NCBI GenBank assembly: GCA_964016885.1
Contig: OZ024743.1
Location: forward strand, 255,688,001-255,752,000
DNA: 64,000 nt
Direction: 5' to 3'
From: Eledone cirrhosa
Lineage: Eukaryota
The notes under the pieces were generated by a model. The model worked only from the letters and a program-made list of their open reading frames with translations. It was not told where the DNA came from and ran no database searches. Below are positions 11,118-24,700 of the stretch, piece by piece. Positions within the stretch are counted from its first letter, which is position 1; every line of letters starts with the position of its first letter. The position numbers were made by a program, and so were the translations under genes.

Positions 11118-11275
11118 TCATCATCATCATTAAATATCTATTTTCCATACTTGCATAGGTTGGATGGGTTGTCGCATACAAAAGCTAGATGGGTCTTGTG
11201 TGTATGTTCTCTTTGGCTTCTACAGATGGATATCCTTCTTAACATCAACAACTTCACAGTGCGTACTGGGAAGAT
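11118..11275 (-). mobile_element. Old SINE-like family B copy
   Basis: (CAT)n...TTTTCCATACTTGCATAGGTTGGATGGG...TTCTACAGATGGATATCCTTCTTAACATCAAC. Confidence 0.7.
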
Positions 11276-12407
11276 TTTATGACAACTCCAGTACTACCAA
11301 CTTACAGGGAGAACAAGATGATTTTGATTGTAATTCTGGCGTTAGCATTTTAGAGCATGTACTGGGAGCATTTTATTGTGACTCCAGCACAACCACCTTA
11401 GATGGTGAACATACTTGGACAGTTCCTCTCCTAGCCACATGCCTAAGTAAGATTTATATCAAAGAGCAGTAGTCATTCATGAATTCAAGTCTCCCCTCTT
11501 TACTCTACTGATGGAAAGATTAGAGCTGATACAGCTTGGCAGCAGTATTACCACTTTTATCAGCATTGTGAATATGTGTGTATCTTTAACTTAACAATTT
11601 TTAGGTTTCCTCAATTGTTTCCCCATTTTCAATTGTTGTCAAGTAATTTTTTCGCCATTATATATTTACAGACTTAATTATTTAAACAATTTCTTAATGT
11701 AGATTACATTATTAGATTTTTATGAACTGTTCATTTCTGTTCACCGTTAGAGCTGAGTATATTAGTAATTCATTTGATATATACACTATTTACATTATTC
11801 TTTCCCACTTTGAATTTCTCCCCAATTCTCCCTTGGAGGACCACCGATTTAACCAATGACAAATTCAACAAACATAATTTGGTTTCTTCTCTTTTATTGG
11901 GAGAAACTCTTGTGAGATAATACATTCTCTTCACTTCTACCAATGCCAGGCTGGATGTTGTCTTGAGTTTCTAAATCAAATTTTTAAATTACAACTCATT
12001 TAACACAGAATTCAATTAACCAAAAAGTAATTAATCAATTAATTCATTTGTAAATTAGTCAATTTATCTGTGTTACAGTAACAAACTCTAACTAAATGTA
12101 CAGAAAAATACAACAGAAGATAACTTAAGAGAGGTCAGTTTCTTTTTCAAAAGAAAGAGTATAAACTTTTCTTTGTTTAATTAAATAAATAGATAAATAC
12201 ATTAATGTTTGAGATAAGCACTTTACAAACAAACTGTGCAATGTAAGTTCAATTCCAGCTTGTAGTTATATTAAATTTTTATTTTGTCCTCTCTATCTCA
12301 TATAAGCATGTAAGCCCATAGATCAACATTTGAAAAGTTCCTTCTGGTTAGATTTTTTTGAATGACCAATATTTAAACTAGTCAATGTTAATTTAATAAT
12401 TAGATAG

Positions 12408-12600
12408 GGCGGTAGATTGGCAGTATCGGTAAAGTGTCATACGCCACGCTTTCCAGCAATTATTTCATTTAATTCCTACTTTATTATTATTTATTGTTAT
12501 TATTTTGCCTTTCATCCTTATGGGACCGATAAAATGAAATATGAGTCATGCACTGGGATCAATTGAATTGTTGGCCTTATACCTAAATCAGAAATCATTA
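12408..12600 (+). mobile_element. SINE family A, with an internal AT-rich replacement
   Basis: GGCGGTAGATTGGCAGTATCGG head, TTTGCCTTTCATCCTTATGGG body and GGCCTTATACCTAAATCAGAAA end. Confidence 0.82.
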
Positions 12601-12902
12601 TTATTTTTATTATTGTTGTTATTGTTGTTGTTATGTTGTTTTGTGTTTGTATGGTCTGACTCCAAGTCTCATCCAGAGACCTCAAGAGTCACTAAGTTAG
12701 ATATTTAAGTGGGCATTATGACTAGGATGGTTGATAACTGCTATTTTTTGTGGAAGAATGTAGTTTGGCAATAAGAATTTCTGTTTAATTGTGTGACTTG
12801 GCTGCATAGGAAATATTGTTCTAGAAAATGCCTGTCAAAACAAGAAAATTAAAATTTGTTTCTAAATTAGTTGTTTCGAGATAAAATGAAGGTATGATTA
12901 GA

Positions 12903-13096
12903 TAATTGTTTCTAATTTTGACACAAGGCCAGCAATTATCCGAGTGCAATCACTGATACTTCATTTTATCGACCTCGTCAGGATGAAAGGCAAAGTTAAT
13001 CTCGGCAGGATTTGAACTCAGACCGTAAAGGGGGGGTAACTCCATGCTGCAAAGCATGGCATCCGACTCTCTACTGATACTGCCAATTCACCACCA
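12903..13096 (-). mobile_element. SINE family A, full length
   Basis: Matches the family consensus from tail to head (…TACTGCCAATTCACCACC). Confidence 0.9.
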
Positions 13097-13694
13097 ATTT
13101 GTGTGATAATATAAGGACACTAAAAGTTATTTGCTATTAAATGCAATTAAAAGTAAATTTGATAATATGTCAGAAATAAAAAAAAAACTGTCTGAGTTAC
13201 ATAGAGAGTATTTTTCATACGATAGGAGCTGTGCACATGAGCATTGTTTTCTGAATTTCTTCTATATTTGAATTTCTGGAATTTGAGATAGGTAATAATC
13301 GTTCTCTTTTGCTATCATTCTTAACGCACCAACATGGGTGTTGTTCTAGTCTTGAGTTTTCACATTTTGCAAACTTCTATTTTAAGATTATTGTACTTGC
13401 TAAATTTTTGGTAGCTTGAGATACATTTATATCAAGTGGGACAGTCATGTCAATGAGGAGGTATGATTTTTGTCTGAAATCTTTGATTATTATTATTGAA
13501 ATATGGGTGAAAGTGGCAAGATTGATGCAGATGAATTGGCCTAATCTGACTATACTTTTTTAAGTAGGCGGAAAAAACCAGTGAGAGAATACTTTTAATG
13601 CTCATGAGGTAACAGAGTAATCACTGGCTTTCTCACCAGTTTTGAAAGCTTTGAAATGGCGTCATGATCACTGTCCTTCCCTCCCTGACTAAAT

Positions 13695-14120
13695 ATCATC
13701 ATCTTACATCTTTTACCCATGCTTGTATGGGTCTTTATCTGCACAATCTTCATCCATTCGTTCTGCTCCTTTGTCATCTCTTCTGTGAGGTTCCACATTT
13801 TGATGTCAGCAATCATCCCTTTTGTCCAGGTCTTCTTCTACTCTGGCTTCTTTCCGCTGGGATTTCTTGACAATTCTTCACCCAATGATCATCATACATA
13901 TGCATTATAACTTTCTCTCATTCCCACTACAACTGATTCTTCTTATACCTACTTTTCCTTTCAACTAATTCACATTTTTTAATTCCTGCACATTAACATT
14001 ACACATCCATTAGAGCATGATTGATTCATTTCTATCTATGTTTTGAAGGTCCTCTACATTCAATGCCCATATCTCACTATCATGGAAAATCACATTTCTT
14101 ACACAGGCATTGTGAAGAGG
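13695..14120 (-). mobile_element. RTE LINE 3'-end fragment, decayed
   Basis: The minus frame ...ADIKMWNLTEEMTKEQNEW... resembles the RTE ORF C-terminus (D....L...M..DR..W). It ends in CAAGCATGGGTAAAAGATGTAAGATGATGAT, the same 3' tail as SINE family B. Confidence 0.6.
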
Positions 14121-14534
14121 AAAGGTAGAGGACCTTAAAGCTTAATGGCATCATAGGGACACAGTCCTGATACAGAGCATGTCTTGGGCATTTTAAATCA
14201 GAATACAGCCTACCAGAACAAATAGCAAGACATTTAATGTAATACCCTAACAACTCTGCTTCTTCACTACCTTGCAGGCATCATATAACCAGTAAACACC
14301 CTAACCTTAGTGTGCTGTTAAGTCTGTATACAACAGACATTACCATTTCCTTATGTATATTTATGGACCTATAACTTCTGATGGATTCGCAAGGGTGCTG
14401 TAGTGACATTCAACATGTCATGGATAAGTTTTAAAAAGCACTCAGAGCCCATGCCCTCTCTAGATTTGAACACAGCTGATTTCATCCCGAGGAGGATAGA
14501 AAGAGTGATAAAGAGGAAGTGAGAATATACAGGT

Positions 14535-14698
14535 ATAATTGACCCCAGTACTGGACTGACTGCTACATTTTTTATCAACCACAAAAGGATGAAAGGCAAA
14601 GTTGACCTTGGCAAAATTTGAACTCAGACCACAGAGAGTTGGAAAAATACTTTAAATAATTATATCCAATGTTTTAACAACTCTGTCAATTCACCACC
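14535..14698 (-). mobile_element. Old SINE family A copy
   Basis: AAGGATGAAAGGCAAAGTTGACCTTGGCAAAATTTGAACTCAG...CTGTCAATTCACCACC. Confidence 0.8.
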
Positions 14699-14766
14699 TA
14701 CCATTCTCTTTATATTCCATCTCTTGAGGGCAGAAAGAAAGTGACTGAGTACAACCACGTTAACCT

Positions 14767-15210
14767 TTATTTCATCAATAGAGAACTTGGTAACAGAAAA
14801 AAACCACAGCAGGGTGCCTCAACAACCTCATACAATGTTGATAAATAAGAAAAGGCTAAAGGCATAGGCGGGTAGGTGAGAAAGAATCCTTTATGACTTG
14901 AAATAAACATTTTGACTTCTATTTTCAGATATTCAAGAAAATAGTAACATTGTTGTTGTTGATGATGATGATGATGAGGAGGAGGATATTGTATTTTCTC
15001 TGTGGTATTATTGTTGGTGTTGTTTTTGACTTGTATTTCATTGCTGATATAATTGTTGTTGTTGTTGTTGACATTGACATTGTTGCTATTGATATTGTAT
15101 TTATTGTCAATATCATTGTTGTTGTTAATGTTGTTGTTAGGTATTTTAATATTACATTTTATCATCTCCAATAAATTATTCTCGATCATTTGATTAATAA
15201 CCAAACTCAA
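14767..15210 (-). CDS. Probable coding exon of an unidentified gene, with Asn/His/Gln-rich low-complexity insert; internal or terminal
   Basis: The open frame begins exactly at a strong minus-strand acceptor (CTTTATTTTCTGTATTTCAG|TTG at 15,211/15,210). It runs 147 codons (LSLVINQMIENNLLEMIKCNIKIP-[N-rich]-PPPHHHHHQQQQCYYFLEYLKIEVKMFISSHKGFFLTYPPMPLAFSYLSTLYEVVEAPCCGFF...). The stop TAA overlaps an AATAAA. No family recognised. Confidence 0.5.
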   Translation of the reverse strand: MSLVINQMIENNLLEMIKCNIKIPNNNINNNNDIDNKYNINSNNVNVNNNNNNYISNEIQVKNNTNNNTTEKIQYPPPHHHHHQQQQCYYFLEYLKIEVKMFISSHKGFFLTYPPMPLAFSYLSTLYEVVEAPCCGFFLLPSSLLMK

Positions 15211-15339
15211 CTGAAATACAGAAAATAAAGGAATAATAATAATAATAATGAATTATTGAATCACAAAATAAAGTACTAACTCATTTAATGGCAAATTCTT
15301 TCAAAGTAAAAACAACGAACAAGAATATTCTTCTTTCAC

Positions 15340-15740
15340 AATAACAACAGCATCACCACTCCTACCAATAACAACGGTCATCATTAACAACAGTAACAAA
15401 AATAACAATAACAACAACAATAACACTAACAACAACCATAACACTAGCAACAATCATAACAAAAACAAACATTAACAACATACAATACCACATCAAAAAC
15501 AACACTCCAGCAACCACCACAAACAACAACAAAAGAAATAATATCATCAATATCTCCAATGACAAAATCACCAACAATATCGGCACCAACAACAATGCCA
15601 CCACCACCACTATAATCATCAACAAAGCACCAACATGATCATAAACAACAACACTAACAATATCACCACCACTAACAATAACAGCTCCACTAAAACAACC
15701 ACTTCTAACAACACCACTAACAACAATATCAAGAATAACA
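15340..15740. repeat. Degenerate (AAY/ACY)n triplet tract grading into the 30-bp array
   Basis: Irregular AAC/AAT/ACC/ACT triplets without 30-bp periodicity. Confidence 0.85.
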
Positions 15741-18700
15741 ACAATACCACCACCACTAACAATAACAACACCAACAATACTACCACTAACAATAACAACA
15801 CCAACAATACTACCACTAACAATAACAACACCAACAATACTATCACCACTAAAAATAACAACACCAACAATACTACTACTAACAATAACAACAACAACAA
15901 TACTACCACTAACAATAACAACACCAACAATACCACTACTAACAATAACAACACCAATAATACTACCACTAACGATAACAACACCAACAATACTACCACT
16001 AACAATAACAACACCAACATTACTACTACTAACAATAACAACACCAACAATACTACCACTAACAATAACAACACCAACAATACTACTACTAACAATAACA
16101 ACACCAACAATACTACTACTAACAATAACAACACCAACAATACCACCACTAACAATAACAACACCAACAATACTACTACTAACAATAACAACACCAACAA
16201 TACTACCACTAACAATAACAACACCAACAATACTACTACTAACAATAACAACACCAACAATACTACTACTAACAATAACAACACCAACAATACCACCACT
16301 AACAATAACAACACCAACAATACTACTACTAACAATAACAACACCAACAATACTACTACTAACAATAACAACACCAACAATACCACCACTAACAATAACA
16401 ACACCAACAATACTACCACTAACAATAACAACACCAACAATACTACTAATAACAATAACAACACCAACAATACTACTACTAACAATAACAACACCAACAA
16501 TACTACTACTAACAATAACAACACCAACAATACCACCACTAACAATAACAACACCAACAATACTACCACTAACAATAACAACACCAACAATACCACCACT
16601 AACAATAACAACACCAACAATGCTACTACTAACAATAACAACACCAACAATACTACCACTAACAATAACAACACCAACAATACTACCACTAACAATAACA
16701 ACACCAACAATACTACCACTAACAATAACAACACCAACAATACTACTACTAACAATAACAACACCAACAATACCACCACTAACAATAACAACACCAACAA
16801 TACTACTACTAACAAAAACAACACCAACAATACCACCACTAACAATAACAACACCAACAATACTACCACTACCAATAACAACACCAACAATACTACCACT
16901 AACAATAACAACACCAACAATACTACCACTAACAATAACAACACCAACAATACTACCACTAACAATAACAACACCAACAATACTACTACTAACAATAACA
17001 ACACCAACAATACTACCACTAACAATAACAGCACCAACAATACTACTACTAACAATAACAATACCAACAATACTACCACTAACAATAACAACACCAACAA
17101 TACTACCACTAACAATAACAACACCAACAATACTACTACTAACAATAACAACACCAACAATACCACCACTAACAATAACAGCACCAACAATACTACTACT
17201 AAAAATAACAACACCAACAATACTACCACTAACAATAACAACACCAACAATACTACTACTAACAATAACAACACCAACAATACCACCACTAACAATAACA
17301 ACACCAACAATACTACCACTAACAATAACAACACCAACAATACCACTACTAACAATAACAACACCAACAATACTACCACTAACAATAACAACACCAACAA
17401 TACTACCACTAACAATAACAACACCAACAATACTACCACCACTAACAATAACAACACCAACAATACTACTACTAACAATAAGTACACCAACAATACTACT
17501 ACTAACAATAACAACACCAACAATACCACCACTAACAATAAAAACACCAACAATACTACCACTAACAATAACAACACCAACAATACTACCACTAACAATA
17601 ACAACACCAACAATACTACTACTAACAATAACAACACCAACAATACTACCACTAACAATAACAGCACCAACAATACTACTACTAACAATAACAACACCAA
17701 CAATACTACCACCAACAATAACAGCACCAACAATACTAACACTAACAATAACAACACCAACAATACTACCACTAACAGTAACAACACCAACAATACTACC
17801 ACTAACAATAACAACACCAACAATACTACCACTAACAATAACAACACCAACAATACTACCACTAACAATAACAACACCAACAATACTACCACTAACAATA
17901 ACAACACCAACAATACTACTACTAACAATAAAAACACCAACAATACTACCACTAACAATAACAACACCAACAATACTACCACTAACAATAACAACACCAA
18001 CAATACTACCACTAACAATAACAACACCAACAATACTACCACTAACAATAACAACACCAACAATACTAGCACTAACAATAACAACACCAACAATACTACC
18101 ACTAACAATAACAACACCAACAATACTACCACTAACAATAACAACACCAACAATACTACTACTAACAATAAAAACACCAACAATACTACCACTAACAATA
18201 ACAACACCAACAATACTACCACTAACAATAACAACACCAACAATACTACTACTAACAATAACAACACCAACAATACTACCACTAACAATAACAACACCAA
18301 CAATACTACTACTAACAATAACAACACCAACAATACTACTACTAACAATAACAACACCAACAATACTACTACTAACAATAACAACACCAACAATACTACT
18401 ACTAACAATAACAGCACCAACAATACTACTACTAACAATAACAACACCAACAATATTACTACTAACAATAACAGCACCAACAATACTACTACTAACAATA
18501 ACAACACCAACAATACTACCACTAACAATAACAACACCAACATTACTACCACTAACAATAACAACACCAACAATACTACCACTAACAATAACAACACCAA
18601 CAATACTACCACTAACAATAACAACACCAACAATACTACCACTAACAATAACAACACCAACAATACTACCACTAACAATAACAACACCAACAATACTACC

Positions 18701-21700
18701 ACTAACAATAACAACACCAACAATACTACCACTAACAATAACAACACCAACAATACTACCACTAACAATAACAACACCAACAATACCACCACTAACAATA
18801 ACAACACCAACAATACTACCACTAACAATAACAACACCAACAATACTACCACTAACAATAACAACACCAACAATACTACCACTAACAATAACAACACCAA
18901 CAATACCACCACTAACAATAACAACACCAACAATACTACCACTAACAATAACAACACCAACAATACCACCACTAACAATAACAACACCAACAATACTACC
19001 ACTAACAATAACAACACCAACAATACTACCACTAACAATAACAACACCAACAATACTACCACTAACAAAAACAACACCAACAATACTACTACTAACAATA
19101 ACAACACCAACAATACTACCACTAACAATAACAACACCAACAATACTACTACTAACAATAACAACACCAACAATACTACCACTAACAATAACAACACCAA
19201 CAATACTACTACTAACAATAACAACACCAACAATACTACCACTAACAGTAACAACACCAACAATACTACTACTAACAATAACAACACCAACAATACTACC
19301 ACTAACAATAACAACACCAACAATACTACTACTAACAATAACAACACCAACAATACTACCACTAACAATAACAACACCAACAATACTACTACTAACAATA
19401 ACAACACCAACAATACTACCACTAACAATAACAACACCAACAATACTACCACTAACAATAACAACACCAACAATACTACCACTAACAATGACAACACCAA
19501 CAATACTACCACTAACAATAACAACACCAGCACTACTACCACTAACAAAAACAACACCAACAATACTACTACTAACAATAACAACACCAACAATACTACC
19601 ACTAACAATAACAGCACCAACAATACTACCACTAACAATAACAACACCAACAATACTACCACTAACAATAACAAAACCAACAATACCACTACTAAAAATA
19701 ACAACACCAACAATACTACTACTAACAATAACAACACCAACAATACTACCACTAACAATAACAACACCAACAATACTACTACTAACAATAACAACACCAA
19801 CAATACTACCACTAACAATAACAACACCAACAATACTACTACTAACAATAACAACACCAACAATACTACCACTAATAATAACAACACCAACAATACTACC
19901 TCTAACAATAACAACACCAACAATACTACTACTAACAATAACAACACCAACAATACTACCATTAACAATAACAACACCAACAATACCACCACTAACAATA
20001 ACAACACCAACAATACTACTACTAAAAATAACAACACCAACAATACTACCACTAACAATAACAACACCAACAGTACCACCACTAACAATAACAACACCAA
20101 CAATACCACCACTAACAATAACAACACCAACAATACTACCACTAACAATAACAACACCAACAATACTACTACTAACAATAACAACACCAACAATACTACC
20201 ACTAACAATAACAACACCAACAATACTACTACTAACAATAACAACACCAACAATACTACCACTAACAATAACAACACCAACAATACTACCACTAACAATA
20301 ACAACACCAACAATACTACTACTAACAATAACAACACCAACAATACTACCACTAACAATAACAGCACCAACAATACCACCACTAACAATAACAACACCAA
20401 CAATACTACTACTAGCAATAACAACACCAACAATACTACCACTAACAATAACAACACCAACATTACGACTACTAACAATAACAACACCACCAATACTACC
20501 ACTAACAATAACAACACCAACAATACTACCACTAACAATAACAACACCAACAATACTACTACTAACAATAACATCACCAACAATACTACTACTAACAATA
20601 ACAACACCAACAATACCACCACTAACAATAACAAAACCAACAATACCACTACTAACAATAACAACACCAACAATACTACTACTAACAATAAAAACACCAA
20701 CAATACTACCACTAACAATAACAACACCAACAATACTACCACTAACAATAACAACACCAACAATACTACCACTAACAATAACAACACCAACAATACTACC
20801 ACTAACAATAACAACACCAACAATACTACTACTAACAATAACAACACCAACAATACTACTACTAACAATAACAAAACCAACAATACTACCACTAACAATA
20901 ACAACACCAACAATACTACCACTAACAATAACAACACCAACAATACTACCACTAACAATAACAACACCAACAATACTACCACTAACAATAACAACACCAA
21001 CAATACTACCACTAACAATAACAACACCAACAATACTACCACTAACAATAACAACACCAACAATACTACCACTAACAAAAACAACACCAACAATACTACT
21101 ACTAACAATAACAACACCAACAATACTACCACTAACAATAACAGCACCAACAATACTACCACTAACAATAACAACACCAACAATACTACCACTAACAATA
21201 ACAAAACCAACAATACCACTACTAAAAATAACAACACCAACAATACTACTACTAACAATAACAACACCAACAATACTACCACTAACAATAACAACACCAA
21301 CAATACTACCACTAACAATAACAACACCAACAATACTACTACTAACAATAACAACACCAACAATACTACCACTAACAATAACAGCACCAACAATACCACC
21401 ACTAACAATAACAACACCAACAATACTACCACTAACAATAACAGCACCAACAATACTACCACTAACAATAACTGCACCAACAATACTACTACTAACAATA
21501 ACAACACCAACAATACCACCACTAACAATAACAACACCAACAATACCACCACTAACAATAACAACACCAACAATACTACCACAAACAATAACAACACCAA
21601 CAATATCACCACTAACAATAACAACACCAACAATACTACTACTAACAATAACAACACCAACAATACTACCACTAACAATAACAACAACAACAATACTACC

Positions 21701-24700
21701 ACTAACAATAACAACACCAACAATACTACCAGTAACAATAACAACACCAACAATACTACCACTAACAATAACAACACCAACAATACCACCAACAACAATA
21801 ACAACACCAACAATACCACCACTAACAATAACAACACCAACAATACTACCACTAACAATAACAACACCAACAATACCACCACTAACAATAACAACACCAA
21901 CAATACTACCACTAACGATAACAACACCAACAATACTACTACTAACAATAACAACACCAACAATACTACCACTAACAATAACAACACCAATAATACTACC
22001 ACTAACAATAACAACACCAATAATACTACCACTAACAATAACAACACCAACAATACTACCACTAACAATAACAACACCAACAATACTACCACTAACAATA
22101 ACAACACCAACAATACCACTACTAACAATAACAACACCAACAATACTACCACTAACAATAACAACACCAATAATACTACCACTAACAATAACAACACCAA
22201 CAATACTACCACTAACAATAACAACACCAATAATACTACCACTAACAATAACAACACCAATAATACTACCACTAACAATAACAACACCAATAATACTACC
22301 ACTAACAATAACAACACCAACAATACTACCACTAACAATAACAACACCAATAATACTACCACTAACAATAACAACACCAATAATACTACCACTAACAATA
22401 ACAACACCAACAATACTACCACTAACAATAACAACACCAACAATACTACCACTAACAATAACAACACCAATAATACTACCACTAACAATAACAACACCAA
22501 CAATACCACTACTAACAATAACAACACCAACAATACTACCACTAACAATAACAACACCAATAATACTACCACTAACAATAACAACACCAACAATACTACC
22601 ACTAACAATAACAACACCAATAATACTACCACTAACAATAACAACACCAATAATACTACCACTAACAATAACAACACCAATAATACTACCACTAACAATA
22701 ACAACACCAACAATACTACCACTAACAATAACAACACCAACAATACTACCACTAACAATAACAACACCAATAATACTACCACTAACAATAACAACACCAA
22801 CAATACTACCACTAACAATAACAACACCAATAATACTACCACTAACAATAACAACACCAATAATACTACCACTAACAATAACAACACCAACAATACTACC
22901 ACTAACAATAACAACACCAACAATACTACTACTAACAATAACAACACCAACAATACTACCACTAACAATAACAACACCAACAATACTACCACTAACAATA
23001 ACAACACCAACAATACTACCACTAACAATAACAACACCAACAATACTACCACTAACAATAACAACACCAACAATACTACCACTAACAATAACAACACCAA
23101 CAATACCACCACTAACAATAACAACACCAACAATACTACCACTAACATTAACAGCACAAACAATACTACCACTAACAATAACAGCACCAACAATACCACC
23201 ACTAACAATAACAACACCAACAATACCACCACTAACAATAACAACACCAACAATACCATCACTAACAATAACAACACCAACAATACTACTACTAACAATA
23301 ACAACACCAACAATACCACCAATAACAATAACAACACCAACAATACTACTAGTAACAATAACAACACCAACAATACTCCCACTAACAATAACAACACCAA
23401 CAATACTACTACTAACAATAACAACACCACCAATACTACCACTAACAATAACAACACCAACAATACCATCACTAACAAAAACAACACCAACAATACTACT
23501 ACTAACAATAACAACACCAACAATACCACCACTAACAATAACAACACCAACAATACCACCACTAACAATAACAACACCAACATTAATACTACTAACAATA
23601 ACAACACCAACAATACCACCACTAACAATAACAACACCAACAATACTACTACTAACGATAACAACACCAACAATACCACCACTAACAATAACAGCACCAA
23701 GAATACTACTACTAACAATAACAACACCAACAATACTACTACTAACAATAACAACACCAACAATACTACCACTAACAATAACAACACCAACAATACTACC
23801 ACTAACAATAACAACACCAACAATACTACTACTAACAATAACAACACCAACAATACTACCACTAACAATAACAACACCAACAATACCACCACTAACATTA
23901 ACAACACCAACAATACTACTAGTAACAATAACAACACCAACAATACTACCACTAACAATAACAACACCAACAATACCACCACTAACATTAACAACACCAA
24001 CAATACTACTAGTAACAATAACAACACCAACAATACCACCACTAACATTAACAACACAAACAATACTACTACTAACAATAACAACACCAACAATACTACC
24101 ACTAACAATAACAACACCAACAATACCACCACTAACATTAACAACACCAACAATACTACTAGTAACAATAACAACACCAACAATACTACCACTAACAATA
24201 ACAACACCAACAATACCACCACTAACATTAACAACACCAACAATACCACCACTAACAATAACAACACCAACAATACTACTAGTAACAATAACAACACCAA
24301 CAATACTCCCACTAACAATAACAACACCAACAATACTACTAGTAACAATAACAACACCAACAATACTCCCACTAACAATAACAACACCAACAATACCATC
24401 ACTAACAAAAACAACACCAACAATACTACTACTAACAATAACAACACCAACAATACCACCACTAACAATAACAACACCAACAATACCACCACTAACAATA
24501 ACAACACCAACATTAATACTACTAACAAAAACAACACCAACAATACCACCAGTAACAATAACAACACCAACAATACCACCACTAACAATAACAACACCAA
24601 CAATACTACCACTAACAATAACAACACCAACAATACTACCACTAACAATAACAACACCAACAATACTACTACTAACAATAACAACACCAACATTAATACT

